This document shows, in pieces, positions 1-9,455 of a stretch of DNA of 32,000 nucleotides. The notes below the pieces were generated by a model that saw only the letters and a program-made list of their open reading frames with translations, was not told where the DNA came from and did no database searches. Origin of the DNA: Mycobacterium tuberculosis H37Rv (lineage in GTDB: Bacteria; Actinomycetota; Actinomycetes; Mycobacteriales; Mycobacteriaceae). Location of the stretch: the NCBI RefSeq assembly GCF_000195955.2, contig NC_000962.3, forward strand, positions 450,001 through 482,000. The letters run 5' to 3'. The translations under genes and the position numbers were made by a program. Positions within the stretch are counted from its first letter, which is position 1, and each line of letters begins with the position of its first letter.

Positions 1-1799
<1,799 letters not shown>

Positions 1800-1803
<4 letters not shown>

Positions 1804-2279
1804 GACTGCGCCTTTACGGTCTGGTGCGCTGCCGCCCACTGAATGGAGCGCACGATCGTGGTGTATCCGGTGCACCGGCAGATCTGCCCCGAGATCGCTT
1901 CCCGGATGGTCTGCTCGTCGGGATCCGGGTTGCGGTCCAGCAGGGCGCGCGCGGTAATCAGCATTCCCGGGGTGCAGAAGCCGCATTGCAGCCCGTGGCA
2001 GCGCATGAACCCTTCCTGCACCGGGTCGAGCTGGCCGTCGGGCCCAGCCAAGCCCTCTACCGTGCGGATGCTGTGCCCGGAGGCCATCACGGCGAGCATC
2101 GTGCAGGATTTCACCGGCACGCCGTCGACCTCCACCACGCATGTCCCGCAGTTGCTGGTATCACAGCCCCAGTGAGTTCCGGTGAGCCGCAGCTGATCAC
2201 GGAGAAAATGGACCAGCAGCATCCGGGGTTCGACCTCGGCGGTGACGGGCTCGCCGTTTACCGTCATGTTCACCTGCAT
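1800..2279 (-). CDS. coxS: Carbon monoxide dehydrogenase small [2Fe-2S] subunit (Rv0374c-like)
   Basis: 159-aa ORF with Cys-rich 2Fe-2S motifs (HWGCDTSNCGTC; GLQCGFCTPGM; ICRCTGY), adjacent to coxL and coxM. Confidence 0.95.
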
Positions 2280-2293
2280 GGTTGGTTCCCCTC

Positions 2294-3196
2294 TCAGGCC
2301 TCGGGGGCCGCCGGCGCGCCGAGCACGCGCCCGGCGGCGGTGCGCAGCGTGCGAACGGTCAGTTCACCGGCGAGGTGCCGCTTGTACTCCGCGGTGCCGC
2401 GGACGTCGGTCACCGGCGTGCAAGCTTGCGCGGCGCGCCGGCCCGCCTCAGCGAACACCTCTTCGGTAGCGGGTTGGCCGACCAGTCCCGCGGACAGCTC
2501 CGCCAGCGCGACCGGGTCGGGATTCACCGCGGTCAAACCCACCCGAGCGGCGAGGATCGTCTGGCCGTCGAGCGTGACCGCGGCACCGGCCGCGGTGATG
2601 GCCCAGTCGCCGACCCGCCGTTCCACCTTGGCGTACGCGCTGGAGGTGTTGTGCCGCAGCGGAATCCGCACCTCAATTAGGACCTCGTTGTGGGCGAGCG
2701 CGGTTTCGTACGGCCCGACCAGGAAGTCGTCGATCGCTATCTCACGTTCACCCGAGGGCCCTTTCGCCAGGCACACCGCATCCAGAACGGTGCACACGGT
2801 CGACAGGTCCTCGGCCGGATCCGCCTGGCAGAGCGAACCGCCCAGGGTGCCGCGGTTGCGGACCACCGGGTCGGCGATCACCCGCTCGGCATCGCGGAAG
2901 ATCGGGCACACCGCCGCCAGCGCATCGGAGTCCAGAATCTCTCGATGGCGGGTCATCGCACCCAGCCGAACCAGGTTGGGATTGTTGATTCCGCCGACCA
3001 CGACGTAGCCGAGTTCGGGGGCCAGGTCGTTGATGTCCACGAGGTACTCGGGGTTGGCGATGCGCAGCTTCATCATCGGCAGCAGGCTGTGCCCGCCGGC
3101 GACCACCCGCGCTCCCTCCCCCAACCGATCCAACAATCCGATGGCGTGGTCCACGCTGGTGGCACGTTCGTATTCGAAAGGCCCAGGTACTTGCAT
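2294..3196 (-). CDS. coxM: Carbon monoxide dehydrogenase medium (FAD-binding) subunit (Rv0375c-like)
   Basis: 300-aa ORF MQVPGPFEYERATSVDHAIGLL with AGGHSLLPMMKLR and TLGGSL FAD-binding motifs. Exact start uncertain. Confidence 0.92.
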   Translation of the reverse strand: MQVPGPFEYERATSVDHAIGLLDRLGEGARVVAGGHSLLPMMKLRIANPEYLVDINDLAPELGYVVVGGINNPNLVRLGAMTRHREILDSDALAAVCPIFRDAERVIADPVVRNRGTLGGSLCQADPAEDLSTVCTVLDAVCLAKGPSGEREIAIDDFLVGPYETALAHNEVLIEVRIPLRHNTSSAYAKVERRVGDWAITAAGAAVTLDGQTILAARVGLTAVNPDPVALAELSAGLVGQPATEEVFAEAGRRAAQACTPVTDVRGTAEYKRHLAGELTVRTLRTAAGRVLGAPAAPEA

Positions 3197-3229
3197 GCGC
3201 CCCAGTGTCGGCCGCCCGCGAAAAGGGCG

Positions 3230-4372
3230 TCAATGTCGAGTTAAGTAATCCTTGAACTCGCCCGCTACCTGCGCATCATGGTGGATCCGTCCGGCAATAT
3301 CGGCCAGCGGGCGTCCCCCTCCGCCCCAACGTCGGGCGATGATGTCGGCCGCGATCGAGACCGCGGTCTCCTCGGGGGTTCGGGCACCGAGATCCAGCCC
3401 GATCGGGCTGGACAACCGGCTCAGCTCGGCGTCGGTCAGGCCCGCCGCGCGTAGCCGATCCATCCGGTCGTCGTGCGTCTTGCGTGATCCCATCGCCCCC
3501 ACGTATCCGACACCCAGGCGCAGCGCCACCTCGAGCACCGGGACGTCGAACTTCGGATCGTGGGTGAGCACGCAGATCACCGTGCGCTCGTCGATACCAC
3601 CCGCCTCCGCCTGGGCAGCCAGATAGCGGTGGGGCCATGCGACGACGACGTCATCGGCCGTCGGAAAGCGCGCTGGCGTGGCGAATACCGCGCGGGCGTC
3701 GCAGACGGTGACCCGGTAGCCGAGGAACGAACCCTGCCGCGCCAGCGCGGCGGCGAAGTCGATGGCACCGAACACCAGCATCCGCGGGCGCGGCGCGTGG
3801 CTGGACACGAAGACCTCCATGCCCTCGCCACGCCGCTGCCCATCGGGCCCATATTCGAGGATCTCGCTGCGGCCCACCGCGAGCAGACCCCGCGCATCGT
3901 CGATAACCGCCGCATCGGCACGCGCCGAACCCAGCGAACCCGTCACGGGGCTCTTTGTGTCGGGCCGGATCACCAGTCGGCGACCCACCCGCCGCTCGTC
4001 CGGATGGGCGATGACGGTCGCGATGGCGACCGGGCGTTGCGCGCCGATGTCGTCGGCCAGCTCGCCCAGCTCGGGAAACGTGGCCCGCGATACGGGCTCG
4101 ACGAAGACGTCGATGATGCCGCCACAGGTCAGGCCTACCGCGAATGCGGTATCGTCGCTGACTCCGTAGTGTTCCAGCCGCGGTATCCCGGTTTGGGCCA
4201 CCTCGGCGGCCAGCTCATATACCGCACCCTCCACGCAGCCGCCCGACACCGACCCACTTACCGAACCGTCCGGGGCTACCACCATCGCGGCCCCTGGGGG
4301 CCGCGGCGCTGACCGCAAGGTTCGCACCACCGTCGCGACCCCCGCGGTGTCACCGGCGGCCCAGATCGCCAT
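3230..4372 (-). CDS. XdhC/CoxI-family molybdoenzyme accessory protein (Rv0376c-like)
   Basis: XdhC-like N-terminus with GSVSGGCVEG and C-terminal Rossmann-like region ending YVGAMGSRKTHDDRMDRL. ATG at 4372 gives 380 aa; a GTG at 4396 is also possible. The 522-aa ORF in the track extends artefactually into the LysR gene. Confidence 0.88.
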   Translation of the reverse strand: MAIWAAGDTAGVATVVRTLRSAPRPPGAAMVVAPDGSVSGSVSGGCVEGAVYELAAEVAQTGIPRLEHYGVSDDTAFAVGLTCGGIIDVFVEPVSRATFPELGELADDIGAQRPVAIATVIAHPDERRVGRRLVIRPDTKSPVTGSLGSARADAAVIDDARGLLAVGRSEILEYGPDGQRRGEGMEVFVSSHAPRPRMLVFGAIDFAAALARQGSFLGYRVTVCDARAVFATPARFPTADDVVVAWPHRYLAAQAEAGGIDERTVICVLTHDPKFDVPVLEVALRLGVGYVGAMGSRKTHDDRMDRLRAAGLTDAELSRLSSPIGLDLGARTPEETAVSIAADIIARRWGGGGRPLADIAGRIHHDAQVAGEFKDYLTRH

Positions 4373-4420
4373 CAGCTCGGCAAGCACTTCACGCACGCTT
4401 CCCAAAGTAGGCTTCAGTGC

Positions 4421-5386
4421 ATGACCCCGGCTCAACTTCGGGCCTATTCGGCGGTGGTTCGCCTGGGCTCGGTACGGGCGGCCGCCGCGGAACTCGGTCT
4501 TTCCGACGCCGGAGTCTCCATGCACGTCGCGGCGCTGCGCAAGGAACTCGACGACCCGCTGTTTACCAGGACCGGTGCCGGGCTGGCGTTCACGCCCGGC
4601 GGGCTGCGGCTGGCCAGCCGCGCGGTCGAAATCCTGGGCCTGCAACAACAAACCGCGATCGAGGTCACCGAGGCCGCCCACGGGCGTCGGTTGCTGCGCA
4701 TCGCCGCCTCCAGCGCCTTCGCCGAACACGCCGCGCCGGGCCTGATCGAGCTCTTCTCGTCTCGGGCCGACGACCTTTCGGTCGAGTTGAGCGTGCATCC
4801 CACCAGCCGGTTCCGCGAACTGATCTGCTCGCGCGCCGTCGACATCGCGATCGGCCCGGCCAGTGAGAGCTCGATCGGTTCCGACGGCTCGATCTTTCTA
4901 CGGCCCTTCCTGAAGTATCAGATCATCACCGTCGTCGCGCCGAATAGCCCACTGGCCGCAGGCATTCCGATGCCCGCGCTGTTGCGTCACCAGCAATGGA
5001 TGTTGGGTCCGTCCGCCGGCAGCGTAGATGGTGAGATCGCAACCATGTTGCGCGGCTTGGCGATTCCGGAGTCCCAGCAACGGATCTTCCAGAGCGATGC
5101 CGCCGCGCTGGAGGAGGTCATGCGCGTCGGGGGCGCCACGCTGGCCATTGGCTTTGCGGTCGCCAAGGATCTTGCCGCCGGACGGTTGGTGCACGTGACC
5201 GGTCCTGGGCTGGATCGCGCCGGCGAGTGGTGTGTGGCGACATTGGCGCCTTCGGCCCGCCAACCCGCCGTCTCCGAGCTTGTTGGCTTCATCAGCACCC
5301 CGAGGTGTATTCAGGCGATGATCCCGGGTAGCGGGGTCGGGGTGACGCGGTTCCGCCCAAAGGTCCACGTCACCCTGTGGAGCTAG
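4421..5386 (+). CDS. LysR-family transcriptional regulator (Rv0377-like)
   Basis: 321 aa; N-terminal HTH (LRAYSAVVRLGSVRAAAAELGLSDAGVSMHVAALRKELDDPLFTRTGAGLAFTPGG). Divergent from the cox cluster. Confidence 0.93.
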   Translation: MTPAQLRAYSAVVRLGSVRAAAAELGLSDAGVSMHVAALRKELDDPLFTRTGAGLAFTPGGLRLASRAVEILGLQQQTAIEVTEAAHGRRLLRIAASSAFAEHAAPGLIELFSSRADDLSVELSVHPTSRFRELICSRAVDIAIGPASESSIGSDGSIFLRPFLKYQIITVVAPNSPLAAGIPMPALLRHQQWMLGPSAGSVDGEIATMLRGLAIPESQQRIFQSDAAALEEVMRVGGATLAIGFAVAKDLAAGRLVHVTGPGLDRAGEWCVATLAPSARQPAVSELVGFISTPRCIQAMIPGSGVGVTRFRPKVHVTLWS

Positions 5387-5630
5387 CTACTTCGACTTGA
5401 AAGGCTCGGCGCGCCGGTCCGCCCGTTGACGGGGCCCGGCTGCGAGGATTAGCCAGTTCCCTTGTCGCACAGGAGCGTTGAGGCTATCGCCGTACGCCTA
5501 CTGCGTGCGATCAGCGCTTGCTCGTTCCATACCACAGGGTGCGGCCCAGGTGCAAGGTTCACTGTGCATCGTGCGCTGGAGCCTTTGGTGCCTGTTGCCC
5601 GTTGAACCGTGATCCAGCGCGGCTGAGGGT

Positions 5631-5858
5631 GTGGTGGTGTCGGGCCGCTGGGAGGCCGGGAATGCGGACGGTAACGGTGGCTCCGCGGGGTTGATCGGCA
5701 GCGGCGGGGCCGGCGGCGACGGCGGTAGCGGCGGGGCCACCGGCGCCGGTGGCGAAGGTGGCGATGCTGGAGCAAGCGGGTCCATAAACGGCAACGCCGG
5801 CGACCCCGGCAACAGCGGAGAACGCGGCGCAGTGGGCAAGCCCGGCGCACCCGGCTGA
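5631..5858 (+). CDS. Short glycine-rich PGRS-like protein with no PE domain (Rv0378-like)
   Basis: 75-aa ORF with GG-x repeats (GGAGGDGGSGGATGAGGEGGDAGASG). Expression not demonstrable; annotated start may be one of the adjacent GTG codons. Confidence 0.5.
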   Translation: MVVSGRWEAGNADGNGGSAGLIGSGGAGGDGGSGGATGAGGEGGDAGASGSINGNAGDPGNSGERGAVGKPGAPG

Positions 5859-5976
5859 CCCGAAAATCACCGCATCACCGGGCTCGCTCACAACCGAGAG
5901 CGGACGCGGGCTCGGCGGGCTAGACGAATCGACGCGCCAACTTTCTCGGATCGAAGAAGCTATACGCTTTACCCCC

Positions 5977-6192
5977 ATGAGTGTGTACAAGGTGATCGAC
6001 ATCATCGGGACCAGCCCCACATCCTGGGAACAGGCGGCGGCGGAGGCGGTCCAGCGGGCGCGGGATAGCGTCGATGACATCCGCGTCGCTCGGGTCATTG
6101 AGCAGGACATGGCCGTGGACAGCGCCGGCAAGATCACCTACCGCATCAAGCTCGAAGTGTCGTTCAAGATGAGGCCGGCGCAACCGCGCTAG
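5977..6192 (+). CDS. Dodecin-family flavin/CoA-binding protein (Rv0379; historically labelled secE2)
   Basis: 71 aa MSVYKVIDIIGTSPTSWEQAAAEAVQRARDSVDDIRVARVIEQDMAVDSAGKITYRIKLEVSFKMRP, a typical dodecin length and pattern with no membrane helix. Confidence 0.92.
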   Translation: MSVYKVIDIIGTSPTSWEQAAAEAVQRARDSVDDIRVARVIEQDMAVDSAGKITYRIKLEVSFKMRPAQPR

Positions 6193-6200
6193 CACGGGCC

Positions 6201-6262
6201 GGCGAGCAGACGCAAAATCGCACGGTTTGCGGTTGATTCGTGCGATTTTGTGTCTGCTCGCC
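6201..6262. repeat. Inverted repeat, 23-nt arms and 16-nt loop, between convergent genes
   Basis: Left arm ggcgagcagacgcaaaatcgcac (6201..6223) pairs with gtgcgattttgtgtctgctcgcc (6240..6262) with one mismatch. Confidence 0.9.
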
Positions 6263-6267
6263 GAGGC

Positions 6268-6918
6268 CTACCAGGCGCGGCCCAGGTCCGCGTGCTGCCG
6301 TATCCAGGCGTGCATCGCGATTCCGGCGGCCACGCCGGCGTTAATGCTTCGCGTCGACCCGAACTGGGCGATCGACACCGTGACCGCCGCGCCGGCACGG
6401 GCGTCGTCGGTAATGCCGGGCCCTTCCTGGCCGAATAACAGCAGGCATTCCCGCGGCAACGCGGTCTGCTCCAGGCGCGCCGCACCCGGGACGTTGTCCA
6501 CCGCCACCACGGTCAAGCCGGCGCCCGCCGCGAACTCCAGCAGCCCGGTGGTGCTGTCGTGGTGGCATAACCGCTGATAGCGGTCGGTCACCATGGCGCC
6601 GCGCCGATTCCACCGCCGACGCCCGACGATGTGCACGGTGTGCACGGCGAATGCATTGGCGGTGCGCACCACCGAGCCGATATTGGCATCGTGTCCGAAG
6701 TTCTCGATCGCCACGTGCAAGGGGTGACGGCGCGTATCGATGTCGGCGATGATCGCCTCTCGGGTCCAGTACCGGTAGGCGTCGACGACGTTGCGAGCAT
6801 CGCCGTCGCGCAACAACACCGGGTCGTATCGGGGGTCGTCCGGGAGGTCGCCTGCCCAGGGCCCCACGCCGCCGGTCGGCGCGCCCCATTCCGTAGGCCC
6901 GGGCCCAAGCGCACTCAT
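6268..6918 (-). CDS. TrmH/SpoU-family RNA methyltransferase (Rv0380c-like)
   Basis: Contains NIGSVVRTANAF, LLLFGQEGPGI and STRSINAGVAAGIAMH motifs. ATG at 6918 forms an ATGA overlap with the upstream gene's stop. Confidence 0.88.
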   Translation of the reverse strand: MSALGPGPTEWGAPTGGVGPWAGDLPDDPRYDPVLLRDGDARNVVDAYRYWTREAIIADIDTRRHPLHVAIENFGHDANIGSVVRTANAFAVHTVHIVGRRRWNRRGAMVTDRYQRLCHHDSTTGLLEFAAGAGLTVVAVDNVPGAARLEQTALPRECLLLFGQEGPGITDDARAGAAVTVSIAQFGSTRSINAGVAAGIAMHAWIRQHADLGRAW

Positions 6919-7823
6919 CGCGAGGTCCACAACGCGGCGTGGGTTCCCACTGTCGCGACCGTCGCGTACAGCAACGCCTCGTTGATCTCGCCCTGCGTAC
7001 ACAGCGACGCGCTAATGTGGACCGCGTCCAGTAGCGCGTCAGGAAGGATCAGCACCGAGGATCCATACGTCGCGCACGCCGGGCTCAGTCCGCGGCCGGG
7101 CAGTGTCGGTGCGGCGAGCAGCATCATGGGACCGCCGCGGGCAGCGGAGTCGTCCCGATACCGATCCGGGACGGCGTCGACCTCCAGCCCCAGCAGCATG
7201 TAGCCATTACCGGTGAACGCCACCGGATCTCCGAGCTGGGGCTTACCCAGCTGCATGCCGTCGGCGCGCCAAGCCGAGACGCTGGTGGTCTTGACCACCA
7301 GACCGGCGTCGTTTTGATTGGTCGGCAGCATCCCCACCGGAAACGCGGCCGGATAGGCCGCGGCAGTACCCGGGATCCGATCGCGGGGCGAGTACGTGTA
7401 CACGCCGCGGACGGCGCTTCGCTCTTTCAGCGGACCCAGGCAGACCGTGCCTGTGAGCCGGCCGGCAGGCGCCGATAGCGGCGACACGACGTCGCGCACG
7501 TGGGCCATCGCGTCGCCGCAGCTGCCGAGCGCAGCGGATTCCATCGGATGGGCCAACGCGCCGTACAGCCCGAAGCGAATGTCTTCGGGCTTGGCGTGCG
7601 GCGCATGCGGGTCCGTCGGGGATGCATCCACGTCGATGAGCACATAGTCGCCGGACCAGCGCAGATTCGACACCGACATGTTCCAGCCCAGCACCGCCAG
7701 CGATTCGCCGGTCCGGGCGCTCTGGGCGCCGTAGGTGCGACCGGAATGACTCGAACCCGAGCAGCCCGTCAGACCGGACAGGACGACGGCCCCGCAGGTG
7801 GCCCAGGCAACGAGAATGCGCAC
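6915..7823 (-). CDS. Conserved protein with lipoprotein-type signal peptide (Rv0381c-like)
   Basis: 302-aa ORF starting MRILVAWATCGAVVLSGLTGCSGSS; LTGC lipobox. Confidence 0.85.
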   Translation of the reverse strand: MRILVAWATCGAVVLSGLTGCSGSSHSGRTYGAQSARTGESLAVLGWNMSVSNLRWSGDYVLIDVDASPTDPHAPHAKPEDIRFGLYGALAHPMESAALGSCGDAMAHVRDVVSPLSAPAGRLTGTVCLGPLKERSAVRGVYTYSPRDRIPGTAAAYPAAFPVGMLPTNQNDAGLVVKTTSVSAWRADGMQLGKPQLGDPVAFTGNGYMLLGLEVDAVPDRYRDDSAARGGPMMLLAAPTLPGRGLSPACATYGSSVLILPDALLDAVHISASLCTQGEINEALLYATVATVGTHAALWTSR

Positions 7824-7840
7824 AGCGATGCCGCCGACGC

Positions 7841-8380
7841 CTAATCCAGCCCCAGATCGGCCAGGCCCAGCACGCTGCGGTAGCGCAGTCCCTCGGCTTC
7901 GATAGCCTCTGCGGCCCCGGTGGCGCGATCCACCACGGTAGCCACGCCGACAACCTCACCACCCACGTCTTGGACGGCGTGCACCGCCGTCAGCGCGGAG
8001 TTACCGGTGGTACTGGTGTCCTCTACCACCAGCACCCGCTGCCCGGTAACCTCCGACCCTTCGATAAGTCGCTGCATGCCATGGGCTTTCGCCGACTTGC
8101 GGACCACGAACGCGTCGATCGGACGGCCCGGGGCATGCATGATGGCGGTCGCCACGGGATCGGCCCCGAGTGTCAGGCCGCCGACAACCGAATAGTCCCA
8201 GTCGGCAGTGAGTTCGCGCATTAGCCGGCCGATCAGCGCGGACGCCCGATGGTGCAAGGTGGCGCGACGCAGGTCGACGTAGTAGTCGGCCTCCCGGCCA
8301 GACGACAGCGTGACGCGGCCGTGCACCACCGACAGCCGGCGCACCAACTCAGCCAACTCTGCGCGGTCAGGTCCGGCCAC
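7841..8380 (-). CDS. pyrE: Orotate phosphoribosyltransferase (Rv0382c-like)
   Basis: 179 aa with PRPP-binding motif VLVVEDTSTTGNS and YYVDLRRATLH near the N-terminus. Confidence 0.92.
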   Translation of the reverse strand: MAGPDRAELAELVRRLSVVHGRVTLSSGREADYYVDLRRATLHHRASALIGRLMRELTADWDYSVVGGLTLGADPVATAIMHAPGRPIDAFVVRKSAKAHGMQRLIEGSEVTGQRVLVVEDTSTTGNSALTAVHAVQDVGGEVVGVATVVDRATGAAEAIEAEGLRYRSVLGLADLGLD

Positions 8381-8460
8381 GGCTTCTCCTCACGCCGCCA
8401 CGCGGGAGGCCGATCACATGCGGCGTCACCGCGGTGGCCTCGGGCGTGACATCCGCGGTC

Positions 8461-9315
8461 TCAGTGTTGGTAGTTGGTGGCCTGCTGGCCGTTGCGTCCG
8501 GCCGGCGGCGGGCGCCGAACGCCTTCGGAGCGGCCTTCATCGCGGCGGATCGGCTCGGGGGCCCGACGAGCCGGATCGGGCAGCACCGTGGTTGCCGGAT
8601 CCGGCTGGGCGCGCCGCGGCGGTAACTCCGCGGGGCCGCCCGGGGCCACGGGTCGGCCAGGTGCCGCGCCGCGCGGTCCCACCCCGGTTTGTTGGGGCAT
8701 CTCCTGCGGCAGCGGCGGCAACACGCGCAGCAAGTCGTTGAATTGGCGCACGGTGCGCAGGCCCTCGTCCCACTGGGCACGGGTGCTGGCAATCGGCATG
8801 CTGACCAGCGTCCAGTTCTGCTCGTTCCACATGATTTCGGCGCAGTCGGGCGCGGTGTGCGCGAAGGTGACCATCCGCCGATCGCAGGCGCGCCGGGCCG
8901 CGTCTAGATTGGTGGAGTACACCATCCGTGGCCCGATCGCGCCCAGCAGCCAGATGTCGCTTTCTCGTGGCTCTTTCAGGCCTTTGAGCCGCAGGTCGAC
9001 CACGACATTGGTGCCCACCTTGCGATGCAGCGCGATCACGGTGGCGACTTCCTCGAGATCGAAGATGTACACCGCCTCGCCGCGGATCTGACCCAGCACC
9101 ACGTTATGGGCGGCAACATCGCCAACTGTGGACATCACGCCGCGCGTCCAGCGCTTGAGTATCTCGGTGGATTCCCGTTCGTAGTCGAACCCGTGCGATC
9201 GCGCCCACGACTTGCGGCGTCTGCTGCGCCCGCGGCGTCGATCGATGTCGACGTACAGCAACACCACGGCACCGACGAAGCACAGTGCCGAGAGCGTGAA
9301 CCAAAGCGGGACCAT
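8461..9315 (-). CDS. ttfA: Membrane-anchored protein matching TtfA, the trehalose monomycolate transport factor (Rv0383c)
   Basis: 284-aa ORF with an N-terminal transmembrane helix (WFTLSALCFVGAVVLLYV), a soluble domain and a disordered Pro/Arg-rich C-terminus. Symbol assigned from locus recognition. Confidence 0.85.
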   Translation of the reverse strand: MVPLWFTLSALCFVGAVVLLYVDIDRRRGRSRRRKSWARSHGFDYERESTEILKRWTRGVMSTVGDVAAHNVVLGQIRGEAVYIFDLEEVATVIALHRKVGTNVVVDLRLKGLKEPRESDIWLLGAIGPRMVYSTNLDAARRACDRRMVTFAHTAPDCAEIMWNEQNWTLVSMPIASTRAQWDEGLRTVRQFNDLLRVLPPLPQEMPQQTGVGPRGAAPGRPVAPGGPAELPPRRAQPDPATTVLPDPARRAPEPIRRDEGRSEGVRRPPPAGRNGQQATNYQH

Positions 9316-9388
9316 CGGTGCTTAGCCTATCCGCTGGCGGCCCGGAACCGAGAATGCGACCAGGTCACAACCCAGTCACCTTCCACGC

Positions 9389-9446
9389 CGAGCAGACGAG
9401 GAATCGCACTGCGCGGACCTCACGCGTGCGATTCCGCGTCTGCTCG
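9389..9446. repeat. Inverted repeat, 21-nt arms and 16-nt loop, 9 nt past the clpB stop; related to the 6201..6262 repeat
   Basis: cgagcagacgaggaatcgcac (9389..9409) pairs with gtgcgattccgcgtctgctcg (9426..9446) with one mismatch. Confidence 0.88.
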
Positions 9447-9455
9447 TCAGACAAA

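Noticed and set aside
4372-4798. N-terminal extension giving a 522-aa XdhC-like ORF
   Set aside because: Extension is antisense to the LysR gene; the XdhC-like homology begins around VREVLAELMAIW.
5449-6137. Minus-strand ORFs (133 aa and 192 aa) around the Gly-rich ORF and dodecin gene
   Set aside because: Arg- or Pro-rich shadow ORFs antisense to the PGRS-like and dodecin genes.
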